Part shown: positions 29,908 through 39,141 of the stretch, piece by piece | How positions within the stretch are numbered: the first letter of the stretch is position 1 | Layout: every line of letters begins with the position of its first letter | Assembly: GCA_029564175.1 (NCBI GenBank) | Contig: JAKQQL010000241.1 | Span: 1-54,884 of the forward strand | DNA: 54,884 nt | DNA from: Candidatus Cloacimonadota bacterium | GTDB taxonomy: Bacteria > Cloacimonadota > Cloacimonadia > Cloacimonadales > WRIO01 | Direction of reading: 5' to 3' | Program-made: the position numbers and the translations under genes | Notes under the pieces: model-generated | What the model was told of the DNA's origin: nothing | Seen by the model: the letters and a program-made list of their open reading frames with translations, nothing else | Database searches by the model: none

Positions 29908-32628
29908 ATGAGTAATTCAAAAAACGTTTACTTGTTCGGCAATGGAAAAGCTGAAGGCACAGCCGGAATGAAAAATCTCCTTGGCGGAAAAGGCGCTAAC
30001 CTTGCAGAAATGAATTTAATTGGCGTTCCTGTACCTCCAGGGTTTACTATCACTACTGAAATGTGTATTGAATATAATAAGCTGGGAAAAGAAAAAACCA
30101 AAGAGATGTTACAAGCAGAAGTTGAAGCAGCAATTGCAGCTGTTGAAGACATTATGAACAAAAAGTTTGGTGATTCAGAAAACCCATTATTAGTATCAGT
30201 ACGTTCAGGTGCTCGTGCATCTATGCCAGGTATGATGGACACTGTTCTTAACTTGGGTATGAATGATGTTACAGTTGAAGCATTAGCCAAAAAAAGTGGC
30301 AATGACCGTTTTGCATGGGATTCATATCGTCGTTTCGTACAGATGTATGGTGATGTCGTTTTAGGCATGAAACCAACTAATAAAGAAGATCACGATCCGT
30401 TTGAAGAAATCATTGATCATTTAAAAGAAGAAAAAGGTTACAAAGAAGACCTTCAAATGACAACTGATGATTTAAAAGAACTGGTTAAGAGATTCAAAGC
30501 AGTTGTTAAAGAAAGATTAGACAAAGAATTTCCAACCTGTCCATGGGAACAACTTTACGGTGCAGTATTTGCGGTATTTGAAAGCTGGATGAATGACCGT
30601 GCGATTTACTATCGTAAATTAAACAACATTCCTGAAGAATGGGGTACAGCGGTCAACGTACAGGCAATGGTATTTGGCAATATGGGTGACAACAGTGCGA
30701 CTGGTGTGGCTTTTACACGTGATGCGGCAACTGGTGAAGACCTTTTCAACGGCGAATACCTGATCAATGCTCAGGGTGAAGACGTTGTGGCTGGTATCCG
30801 TACTCCTCAACAAATCACAATTATCGGTTCAAAAAGATGGGCTGAATTACAAAATAAAACAGAAGAAGATAGAAAAAATAATTTCCCTTCATTAGAAGAA
30901 TCAATGCCTGAAGCTTATGCTCAGCTGAATGAAATCCAACAAAAACTGGAAGATCATTACAAAGATATGCAGGATATCGAATTTACTATCGAAGATGGTA
31001 AATTATGGATGCTTCAAACCCGTAATGGTAAACGTACCGGCGCTGCTATGGTTAAAATTGCGATGGATATGCTTGAAGAAGGCAGAATCGATGAAAAACA
31101 GGCACTTGGTCGTATGGAAGCAGGAAAACTGGATGAATTACTTCACCCTGTCTTCCAAAAAGAAGCGATGAAAAATGCACATGTTTTAGCAAAAGGTTTA
31201 CCTGCATCACCAGGTGCATCAACCGGTCAGATAGTATTCTTTGCTGATACAGCTGAAGAATGGGCTAATGAAGGCAAAAAAGTCATTTTAGTTCGTGTTG
31301 AAACTTCTCCTGAAGATTTACGTGGTATGAATGTCGCAAAAGGAATCCTCACAGCTCGTGGCGGTATGACTTCTCATGCAGCTGTGGTAGCACGCGGAAT
31401 GGGTAAATGCTGTGTATCTGGTGCTGGCACTGTACTGATTGACTACAAAGCAAAAACAATGATTGCCAATGGCAAAACGTTCAATGAAGGCGACTGGATT
31501 TCATTAAACGGTTCTACCGGTGAAGTATATGAAGGAAAAATCGATACTCAGGAAGCTGAATTATCAGGAGATTTCGCTAAATTAATGGCTATCTGTGACA
31601 AACATACCCGTATGCATGTCAGAACCAACGCAGATACACCAAAAGATGCAAGAGTTGCCAGAAACTTTGGCGCTCAGGGTATTGGTCTTTGCCGTACCGA
31701 ACACATGTTCTTCGAAGGTGACAGAATCAAAGCAATGCGTGAAATGATTCTTGCTGAAGATCTTGAAGGACGTAAAAAAGCACTTGAAAAAATCCTTCCT
31801 TACCAAAGAGAAGACTTTGAAGGTATCTTTGAAGCGATGAATGGATTCCCTGTAACCGTTCGTTTACTAGATCCTCCACTTCATGAATTCGTACCTCATG
31901 AGGAAGCAAATCAAGCTGAAATGGCTGCTGAAATGGGTATCTCTGCAGCAGTGGTTAAAAACCGTGTGGATTCATTACACGAATTTAACCCAATGTTGGG
32001 ACACCGTGGTTGCCGTTTAGGTATTACCTATCCTGAAATTACTGAAATGCAAACCAGAGCGATTATCGAAGCAGCTCTTAACTTAAAAGCAAAAGGTGTG
32101 GATGCAAAACCTGAAATTATGATTCCGCTGATCGGAACTTTAGCAGAATTTGAAAATCAGGAAAGCATTATCCGTGCTACTGCTGAAAAAGTATTTGCTG
32201 AAAGAAATGATAAAATTGAGTACATGGTTGGAACTATGATTGAAATTCCACGTGCAGCATTAACAGCTGACAAAATCGCTGGAAAAGCTGAATTCTTCTC
32301 ATTCGGTACCAACGACTTAACACAGATGACCTTCGGTTACTCACGTGATGACGCAGGCAAATTCTTACCTGAATACCTGGACAGAAATATCCTTAAAAAC
32401 GATCCATTCCAGATTCTTGATCAGGAAGGCGTTGGTCAGTTAGTTGAAATGGGTACTGCAAAAGGCCGTTCAACCCGTCCAAACCTTAAAGTCGGTATCT
32501 GTGGAGAACACGGTGGCGAACCAAACTCTGTTATGTTCTGTAACAAAGTCGGCATAAACTATGTCAGCTGTTCCCCATTCCGTGTACCAATCGCACGCGT
32601 AGCTGCTGCACAGGCTGCTGTTCAATAA
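29908..32628 (+). CDS. ppdK: Pyruvate, phosphate dikinase
   Basis: LGGKGANLAEM, SVRSGARASMPGMMDT, GGMTSHAAV (phospho-His), GLCRTEHMF, SFGTNDLTQ, GICGEHGG. Confidence 0.98.
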   Translation: MSNSKNVYLFGNGKAEGTAGMKNLLGGKGANLAEMNLIGVPVPPGFTITTEMCIEYNKLGKEKTKEMLQAEVEAAIAAVEDIMNKKFGDSENPLLVSVRSGARASMPGMMDTVLNLGMNDVTVEALAKKSGNDRFAWDSYRRFVQMYGDVVLGMKPTNKEDHDPFEEIIDHLKEEKGYKEDLQMTTDDLKELVKRFKAVVKERLDKEFPTCPWEQLYGAVFAVFESWMNDRAIYYRKLNNIPEEWGTAVNVQAMVFGNMGDNSATGVAFTRDAATGEDLFNGEYLINAQGEDVVAGIRTPQQITIIGSKRWAELQNKTEEDRKNNFPSLEESMPEAYAQLNEIQQKLEDHYKDMQDIEFTIEDGKLWMLQTRNGKRTGAAMVKIAMDMLEEGRIDEKQALGRMEAGKLDELLHPVFQKEAMKNAHVLAKGLPASPGASTGQIVFFADTAEEWANEGKKVILVRVETSPEDLRGMNVAKGILTARGGMTSHAAVVARGMGKCCVSGAGTVLIDYKAKTMIANGKTFNEGDWISLNGSTGEVYEGKIDTQEAELSGDFAKLMAICDKHTRMHVRTNADTPKDARVARNFGAQGIGLCRTEHMFFEGDRIKAMREMILAEDLEGRKKALEKILPYQREDFEGIFEAMNGFPVTVRLLDPPLHEFVPHEEANQAEMAAEMGISAAVVKNRVDSLHEFNPMLGHRGCRLGITYPEITEMQTRAIIEAALNLKAKGVDAKPEIMIPLIGTLAEFENQESIIRATAEKVFAERNDKIEYMVGTMIEIPRAALTADKIAGKAEFFSFGTNDLTQMTFGYSRDDAGKFLPEYLDRNILKNDPFQILDQEGVGQLVEMGTAKGRSTRPNLKVGICGEHGGEPNSVMFCNKVGINYVSCSPFRVPIARVAAAQAAVQ

Positions 32629-32650
32629 ATAAAATTAGATTAAACAATAT

Positions 32651-32685
32651 AAGACTCTTGCTTCGGCGAGAGTCTTTTTCTTTTT
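32651..32685 (+). terminator. Rho-independent terminator of ppdK
   Basis: AAGACTCTTGC-TTCG-GCGAGAGTCTT followed by a T-run. Confidence 0.88.
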
Positions 32686-33010
32686 GACACAGATTTTGAT
32701 TACGGATATGATTTTTTTTTCTAGACACGGATTAGGCTGATTAAACGGATTTTAATTCTAAACGCTTTAAATTAATACGATTAATATTGTTTGACACTGA
32801 TTACGTCGAGTATAACAGATAATAATTTGGACTGCCCATAAGCGGTTAGTAGGGGCGTAGGAACCGAAACGTAGTTCATCCGACGTACTGCGAGCATCTT
32901 GCTTGCAATCTGTCGTTTACTTTAATCTCCTGCAGATCTCAAAATTACCATCGGCTGTCATTCTGAGTGAAACGAAGAATCCCCTATAAAACTTCTTGCA
33001 TAAAAATATT

Positions 33011-33143
33011 CTACAATAATGTCACCCCGTTGGGGTTTGGATGTCGGTGTTGATACCATTTGCTACATTCCTGTCACTTCGTTGGGGTTTGGATGTCGGT
33101 GTTGATACCATTTGCTACAATCCTGTCACTTCGTTGGGGTTTG
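33011..33143. repeat. 52-bp tandem repeat (~2.6 copies) of a REP-like CTAC + ACCCCGTTGGGGT hairpin unit
   Basis: Units begin at 33011, 33063 and 33115; the intervening sequence is identical. Confidence 0.88.
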
Positions 33144-33476
33144 ATTAAATTGGAACCATTTTCTTCTTTCAGGATGACAGGTTTTTGGTGCTAATCTGTT
33201 TGCCGGAGTTTTTTTGTTATGGCATGTGTAGTACCCTTGTATTCTCTGACATGAAATTACAATTATCAGAGGCAAAACCCTGTAATCTACTAAGATTAAC
33301 CACAGAGTTTTCAGAGAAACTGCTTCACAGAATATAAAATGAGTCTGCAGGGACATACGAAGCGAAGTGCTGTTTGTTCCCATCTTTTCTAAAAATTTCC
33401 TGCTTAAAAAAAAGGCAACAAGCAAAATATTCTGAATAAAGTGAACCTAAGTTTTTTTATTTACTTTTTGTTTTGT

Positions 33477-33791
33477 TAAAAACCTTAACCCATTATCCGT
33501 TTTAATCAGTCTCATCTGTGTCAAAAAACTCATTCTAATTTCTGTTTCTTTCCGAATTTCCGTGGTCGTGAAAAATTCAGAAAAGTACCGTTTTAATCAG
33601 TCTCATCTGTGTCAAAAAACTGTTCACGCTGATTGTTACGGTTCGATTAAAGACCTTAACTCATTATCCGTTTTCATCAGTCTCATCCGTGTCTAAAAAA
33701 CTCATTCTAATTTCCGTTTCTTTCCGAATTTCCGTGGTCGTAAAAAATTCAGAAAAGTTCCGGTTTCATCCGTGTTATCTGCGTCTAAAAA
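33477..33791. repeat. Tandem ~145-bp direct duplication built from periodic ATCCGT repeats
   Basis: ~33477-33621 vs ~33647-33791; core repeated again at ~38927-39012. Confidence 0.85.
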
Positions 33792-36245
33792 CTATTTCAG
33801 AATCAGCATCTTTTTATTTTGCAGGACTCTCCCATTGACTTTAGCACGGTAGAGAAAGATACCGCTAGCCACTTTTTGTCCCTGGTCGTTGCGGGTATCC
33901 CATATCACTGAATAGTTACGGCTATTGTTATCAGCCTTGTTAGTATTCATCTCAGAAAAGGAAATATTCATTTTCAGTGTCCTGACCTTCTGTCCTTTGA
34001 TGTTGAATATCTCGATTTCAGGTTCGTTTCTCACTTCTTGAGGATAATCAAAGGAGACGATGGTAAATCCCTGTTTTCCCAGAGAGACCGGATTAGGATA
34101 GTTTTGCAGATTGTATGAAAGTACCGGACTAACTGTCTGATCATCTTCTGAGACATTCGGATTATATTCAAAACAGCCCAGATCTATGCGCTCATTGTAT
34201 ATTCTGGGATATCCTGCCATATCGGTTTCAGAGAGATAATATCCGCTGGTATCAGGAGTTCCGCTGTCTATACAGGGTGAGCCAGGATAAAGATAATAGT
34301 ATTCAGGGGCAGAAAGACTCAGATTTGGGTCAGACATCCCTCTGAATCCGGGATTATCTGCATCAATCATCTGACTCATTTGCAGATTGGCAGGATTTGC
34401 CTGATAGGATATTTTACTGTTTCGGTTCATGATCATACTGTAATTGATTTCACCCTGAATGGAATGATTGACACCGTTTCCAAATCTCAGTTCAGTCGGC
34501 ATTTCCGGATTGTACAAGATCATATTGTTCATAGTAAAATGGCTACTGATTCCCAAAGCGGTACTCGATCCCCTGTTATGTGCCACAGTAAAATTATTCA
34601 AATGAAAGGTATTACCCCATTCATCCAGAAGTCCAATTTTTGCTGAATCCCAGTCTCCGGATGTAGAAGTATTATTAACAAAGAAGAGATTGTTCAGATA
34701 GCTGTCACGTGATACATTATGCGGAGAATCTGCAAATTTGACATATTGAAACATAACCGGTGAATAGGCAGAACAATTACGAATCGATACATTATTAAAT
34801 ACAGCTCCTGCCAAATCCCAAATCCAGATACCGGCATATCCTCCCTGGTCATTTAAAACATTTAAACTGTCAAACACACAATCTTCCAAAACCAATTGAT
34901 TACCCTGGTAAACAAATAATCCTGTACTTGAAGACATCCCCTGTCCTGTTCTAACAATTATGTTTTTTAAATAGGCATTTTCAAAATTTATAAGACTAAT
35001 ACCATTCCATGAATCATACTGATTGTTCTCTATCAGCACATCTTTTATGGTAATATGATTTGCATAAGCACTAAGCGGACTATTGTTAGAATCCGGCATA
35101 TTGAGATTTCCTCCGTTTCGAAAGCAAAATTTCTCAAAATGCACCGAGTGGTAAGGCATGGCATTTCTGTCGGCTGTACTACCGTTAATACTTACAGAAA
35201 GCCTTTCTGCATCAATAATACTTTCATGCATCCCGGCTCCGATCAGGCGGGTGGCTGACTTGATGGAGAATGGAAAGTTTTGCTGATTCGCCGAATAAGA
35301 ATAGATACCCTCAGCCAAATAAACTGTTTTGGGATTGAGGCTGTCTGAAACGATGATTTTGGTCGCATAATCAATACTTCTCAGCGGGTTTTGAACATCA
35401 AGCCCACTGTTGTTGTCATCTCCCCAGGGAGCGACATAGAGATCATGATTTACAAGCGTTAAAGCCCCTTCCTCAATAGAAACACTGACCGGAGACGGAT
35501 TTGCTATCAAGTCGTGACTAACAGAGATAAAATACTGGTCAAAATGATCCTGTGGTACCGACCCTTTTTTTAAGATTATGTTTAGCGGGAAAGTCTCTGT
35601 ACTTGAATAAATATCCTTTCCTAATTTGCTGGAATTATTGTAGATTGAGTTTTTTGAAGTGGATGAAAATGATACATTTAGTTTTCCTGAGAGAACAATT
35701 CCTCCTCCTCCACCATAGGTTTTGTTGTAAAAAATTTTATTATTCTCTAAAGAGACATTCCTTTCGTAACTTGAAGAGGCTATTGTGATTCCTCCTCCTC
35801 CATAACCGGAGATACAATGTGTTACAATATTATTTTTTAGGCAAACATTACTTTTAAATAGAAACAAACCTCCTCCTGATACCCAGTAGTATTCTTCAAT
35901 TTGATTTTCATTGTTCATAATGGTAAATCCGTTAATACTGAGATTTAAACTGTTTTCAGCCCTGATTGCAGATTGTGAGGGTTGCCCGATGATTCGGGTT
36001 GTATGAATATAAAGCGTATCAGGCGTATAAGCATAGAGGCTTTGCAGGCTTAAGCTCTTACTGCCGATATTGATGTTTTCGCGGTAATCCCCGGGATATA
36101 CGGTAATGATATCGCCATTCTGAGAAGCATCAACCGCTGACTGAATACTGCTAAAGTCTCCGCTCCCATCAAGCTTTACCGTTCTTTCTGTGGCAAAGAT
36201 ATTCAATATAATCAAAACAAAAAATATAAAGAAATAAGGTTTCAA
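33792..36245 (-). CDS. Secreted beta-helix protein (DUF1565-like) with FlgD-Ig/T9SS-type C-terminal sorting domain
   Basis: Signal peptide; DGSGDFSSIQSAV; LYVAPWGDDNNSG..NPLRSI; SPCIDSG/IDLGCFEY; NYPNP..IFNIKGQKVRTL..ASGIFLYR; TTG start after AAGGA. Confidence 0.88.
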   Translation of the reverse strand: MKPYFFIFFVLIILNIFATERTVKLDGSGDFSSIQSAVDASQNGDIITVYPGDYRENINIGSKSLSLQSLYAYTPDTLYIHTTRIIGQPSQSAIRAENSLNLSINGFTIMNNENQIEEYYWVSGGGLFLFKSNVCLKNNIVTHCISGYGGGGITIASSSYERNVSLENNKIFYNKTYGGGGGIVLSGKLNVSFSSTSKNSIYNNSSKLGKDIYSSTETFPLNIILKKGSVPQDHFDQYFISVSHDLIANPSPVSVSIEEGALTLVNHDLYVAPWGDDNNSGLDVQNPLRSIDYATKIIVSDSLNPKTVYLAEGIYSYSANQQNFPFSIKSATRLIGAGMHESIIDAERLSVSINGSTADRNAMPYHSVHFEKFCFRNGGNLNMPDSNNSPLSAYANHITIKDVLIENNQYDSWNGISLINFENAYLKNIIVRTGQGMSSSTGLFVYQGNQLVLEDCVFDSLNVLNDQGGYAGIWIWDLAGAVFNNVSIRNCSAYSPVMFQYVKFADSPHNVSRDSYLNNLFFVNNTSTSGDWDSAKIGLLDEWGNTFHLNNFTVAHNRGSSTALGISSHFTMNNMILYNPEMPTELRFGNGVNHSIQGEINYSMIMNRNSKISYQANPANLQMSQMIDADNPGFRGMSDPNLSLSAPEYYYLYPGSPCIDSGTPDTSGYYLSETDMAGYPRIYNERIDLGCFEYNPNVSEDDQTVSPVLSYNLQNYPNPVSLGKQGFTIVSFDYPQEVRNEPEIEIFNIKGQKVRTLKMNISFSEMNTNKADNNSRNYSVIWDTRNDQGQKVASGIFLYRAKVNGRVLQNKKMLILK

Positions 36246-36967
36246 ATGTATTCCTTTCTGTTTCCTGTCAATTCATAAGTCCAGTCAGTATTGCCGATAT
36301 AATGGGCAGTTGGATAAGAATCAGAGCCGTTTGTAGGATTTAGTTTATTGATATCATAAGGTGACAATGCAATAACACAGTCAACCGGTATGTTGTTAGC
36401 CTGCATTATGGTAAATCTGATCTGGTCAATATCCACATAAGGCGGAGTTGTTATAAACTTAATAGTAAAAGATTCATCATCCTTTTCCATAACCCGATGT
36501 GAAATATAATCTCCCTGTGTATAAGGAAGATACTTTAAGGGGTGATGAGGTTGCCCATTTTGATCAACTTGAAAATGAAGATGCCAGCTGTTTCCGTTGC
36601 CGGTATTTCCTGTAATACCAATATATCTTCCTTCACTGACATTTAATCCATTAGCAACTACATTATTTTTGGATAAATGAAAATATTTATAAACTATATT
36701 ATTATTTTCATCATCATTCAAGTAAATATATTTTCCTGCAGTTGAACTTGTTCCCCAGGTAACTGATCCTGCTTTTACTGCATAAACATTAACCTTTTTT
36801 ACAGCATAATCAATCCCTTGATGATTATTGCTTTTGGGTCTATGTGTTCTGGGACCATAATAAGAAAAAGGATTTACCTCTGGAACTAAAGGATTTTGTA
36901 TTGCATAGAGTTGAGCCAAAAAAATCAACATTGTAATAACAAGATTCTTCTTAAAATCTACTCTCAT
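36242..36967 (-). CDS. Secreted M23-family metallopeptidase
   Basis: HQGID (HxxxD), YFHL, GNTGN..WHLHF (HxH); signal peptide. Confidence 0.88.
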   Translation of the reverse strand: MRVDFKKNLVITMLIFLAQLYAIQNPLVPEVNPFSYYGPRTHRPKSNNHQGIDYAVKKVNVYAVKAGSVTWGTSSTAGKYIYLNDDENNNIVYKYFHLSKNNVVANGLNVSEGRYIGITGNTGNGNSWHLHFQVDQNGQPHHPLKYLPYTQGDYISHRVMEKDDESFTIKFITTPPYVDIDQIRFTIMQANNIPVDCVIALSPYDINKLNPTNGSDSYPTAHYIGNTDWTYELTGNRKEYI

Positions 36968-38181
36968 TAATGTACCCCGTATAGTTTAATGATTTTTCTG
37001 CTAAAAAACAGAGTTTTACTATTACCTATATTATAAATCTTATAGTTTGCTAATAAATAATTGTGAAGTTTATTTCCTAATATTGTAGTTTCTAAATCAT
37101 CTTGTATGTCATTCATCTTTTCTTGATCAACTATAAATTCATTAACTAAGTCAATATTCCCTGAAATAAAATAATCTTTTATATCAAAATATTTAGAAAT
37201 AGATAGATCGTTATTAAGTTTACTTAGTGTATATCCAGATTTATTTTTATTTGAAAGTATCATCTCTCCATGAGAAGTTACACCAATAATCCCTGCATTC
37301 TCTTTTAACAGATCTCCATTTTGAGAAAAGATTTTTCCTCTTTTTCTGTCAATGATAACATCGTTACTTTGAATAATACTTGTATCCTGATAGTGAGCAC
37401 ACAACATATTGAAAGCCTGTAAGCCATCATAGATGTTTTTCTGATAAATGAGATGATTTCTTTCAAGTCTGTACAGCTCAATCTTTTGCTTTCCAATAGT
37501 GGACCCTTCAGATAAAACAAATCTGCCATCTCCCAGAGGATACTGTCTCAAACAAATCAGTAAACTGTCCGATAGGAGCTTATATGAGATTATAGAATTA
37601 TCTTTTTTTAAACCACTGATATGAATTTGATTGAGATTCCGGTCAAAAATCTGAATATCCTGAACACGGTAATCATATTCAAAATCATCAAATGAAATGC
37701 CACTATCGCTAATAAAAATGTAATTGCCTGATTTTGACAATTCTAAAAATAATGGCGTATTATTTAGTTCACCCAATTTATTACCTTCAAAGTCCCAAGA
37801 ACTGATATTGTTTTTAAAAGTGCAGTCTTCCTCATCAAAATTTATAAGATTTATCAGGATAGTTTTTGCATCTTCCGAAATAAACAAACTAGCTCTTGTA
37901 GATGAAGTACTGAATTCTTTTTGCCATAACTTATTAAAATTATGATCAAACAAAGACATTATAGATTTTTTATTAAATTCTTCAACAATTACGGTATGCC
38001 CAGATTTGGATGCAATATCTAAATTGAGAATATTACCTTTTGATTCATAATTTTTTAGCAATTTCTGATCAGGGATGATCAATTTTACAGCTTCATCAAG
38101 CGTAATCTCTTTAGTAATCTTTTGAGCTGATAAACTTATCAACAGGCTCATGAGTATCAGTATAATCATATTTTTTTTCAT
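36967..38181 (-). CDS. Secreted hypothetical protein
   Basis: 404 aa; MKK + hydrophobic signal peptide; TAATG coupling to the M23 gene. Confidence 0.8.
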   Translation of the reverse strand: MKKNMIILILMSLLISLSAQKITKEITLDEAVKLIIPDQKLLKNYESKGNILNLDIASKSGHTVIVEEFNKKSIMSLFDHNFNKLWQKEFSTSSTRASLFISEDAKTILINLINFDEEDCTFKNNISSWDFEGNKLGELNNTPLFLELSKSGNYIFISDSGISFDDFEYDYRVQDIQIFDRNLNQIHISGLKKDNSIISYKLLSDSLLICLRQYPLGDGRFVLSEGSTIGKQKIELYRLERNHLIYQKNIYDGLQAFNMLCAHYQDTSIIQSNDVIIDRKRGKIFSQNGDLLKENAGIIGVTSHGEMILSNKNKSGYTLSKLNNDLSISKYFDIKDYFISGNIDLVNEFIVDQEKMNDIQDDLETTILGNKLHNYLLANYKIYNIGNSKTLFFSRKIIKLYGVH

Positions 38182-38220
38182 TTTTTCTTCCTTTTTTATT
38201 TTTTTCTTTGTCTTTTGTTA

Positions 38221-38251
38221 AGGGCTTTCCTCACGACACAAGGAAAGCCCT
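38221..38251. other. Strong hairpin in the operon leader
   Basis: AGGGCTTTCCT-N9-AGGAAAGCCCT, perfect 11-bp stem; no U-tract downstream on either strand. Confidence 0.75.
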
Positions 38252-38386
38252 GCGGACAATGAATTTGTTTTTATCTCCAGGCAGAAACCATGTTCTTACA
38301 ACAATTGAGCTAACTATATATATATATATAGTTACACTATTTGCCCTCAAACAACTGTGCCCGTCATTGTTATGATATGCTTCCAT
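38231..38386 (-). CDS. Putative 51-aa leader peptide containing a (TA)8 microsatellite
   Basis: AAAAGGAGAG RBS then ATG; reads MEAYHNNDGHSCLRANSVTIYIYIVSSIVVRTWFLPGDKNKFIVRRAFLVS*; stop falls inside the hairpin; TTGACT-N17-TATTTT upstream at 38464-38492. Confidence 0.5.
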   Translation of the reverse strand: MEAYHNNDGHSCLRANSVTIYIYIVSSIVVRTWFLPGDKNKFIVRRAFLVS

Positions 38387-38587
38387 TATCTCTCCTTTTA
38401 TGAGTTGTTACTCCAGAGTGATTTCAATGCTCAAATGATGATTATAATGTTATCAATGTTGACAAAATAATAAAAACAATAAAATAAGTCAAGCGTTTTC
38501 AATAGTGATTTCAATTCTTTATTAGATCTATCAGTACTTTTTTTTTAATCTCACGCGGAGACGCGGTGAATGTATTTAATCAGATTC

Positions 38588-38666
38588 AGGGGCGTCAGCC
38601 CTGTGATCTTCGTAGAAAACAATGTGGCAAACCGAATTAGGGGCGTCAGCCCTGTGATCTTCGTAG
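38588..38666. repeat. Two identical 28-bp REP-like direct repeats, 51-bp period
   Basis: AGGGGCGTCAGCCCTGTGATCTTCGTAG at 38588-38615 and 38639-38666. Confidence 0.88.
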
Positions 38667-38926
38667 GATTTTTCACACAGAGTCGCGAAGAATGTTTCGT
38701 AATCAAAATAAAAGTGTCCACCTTGTGGCGTTCGTAAAATTTAGTATTTTCAGTCCCTTCCCTGTTCGTGAAATCTATCGTTCCATTTCCGTTTTCATCA
38801 AAATATTTTACTAATAGCTTCTCAGATATGATTTCTCGTTAAGATCACCAAGCTCGCAAAGAAACAAATCTTCAAAATTTGAAAACTGGTCAATCAAATA
38901 GTAAGATTTCCATTATCTGTAAAAAA

Positions 38927-39012
38927 ATCCGTTTTAATCAGTCTCATCCGTGTCAAAAACTCATTCTAATTTCTGTTTCTTTCCGAATTTCCGTGGTCGT
39001 AAAAATATTCAG
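38927..39012. repeat. Third copy of the 33.5-33.8 kb repeat core
   Basis: ATCCGTTTTAATCAGTCTCATCCGTGTCAAAAACTCATTCTAATTTCTGTTTCTTTCCGAATTTCCGTGGTCGTAAAAA. Confidence 0.88.
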
Positions 39013-39141
39013 CGCCCTCATTAATGTAATCTCTTTTTTGAGAGCTTTGATCGAACAAACTTGTTCTGCCTTTCAATAAACCCATTATTGACAGAAACCC
39101 GAGAATACCCAAATCAAAGCTCTCCATCACCCATTATTCGT

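Noticed and set aside
29928..31909. Antisense and alternate-frame ORFs within ppdK (and similar short ORFs within other genes)
   Set aside because: Shadow ORFs from codon bias, with no RBS or domain evidence.
32830..32985. GC-richer stretch as a possible tRNA or ncRNA
   Set aside because: No cloverleaf or recognisable RNA motif; it breaks down into short REP-like hairpins (e.g. GCGAGCATCTTGCTTGC, GTCATTCTGAGTGAAACGAAGAATC). An Rfam scan would settle it.
33011..33143. Possible CRISPR array
   Set aside because: The intervening sequences are identical, there are fewer than 3 full units, and no cas genes are present; it is a plain tandem repeat.
38221..38375. c-di-GMP-I riboswitch suggested by GGGCAAA on the minus strand
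   Set aside because: No GAAA tetraloop stem and no GACGCAAA segment.
38588..38666. Possible mini-CRISPR (28-bp repeat, 23-bp spacer)
   Set aside because: Only two repeats, a short spacer, REP-like architecture and no cas genes.
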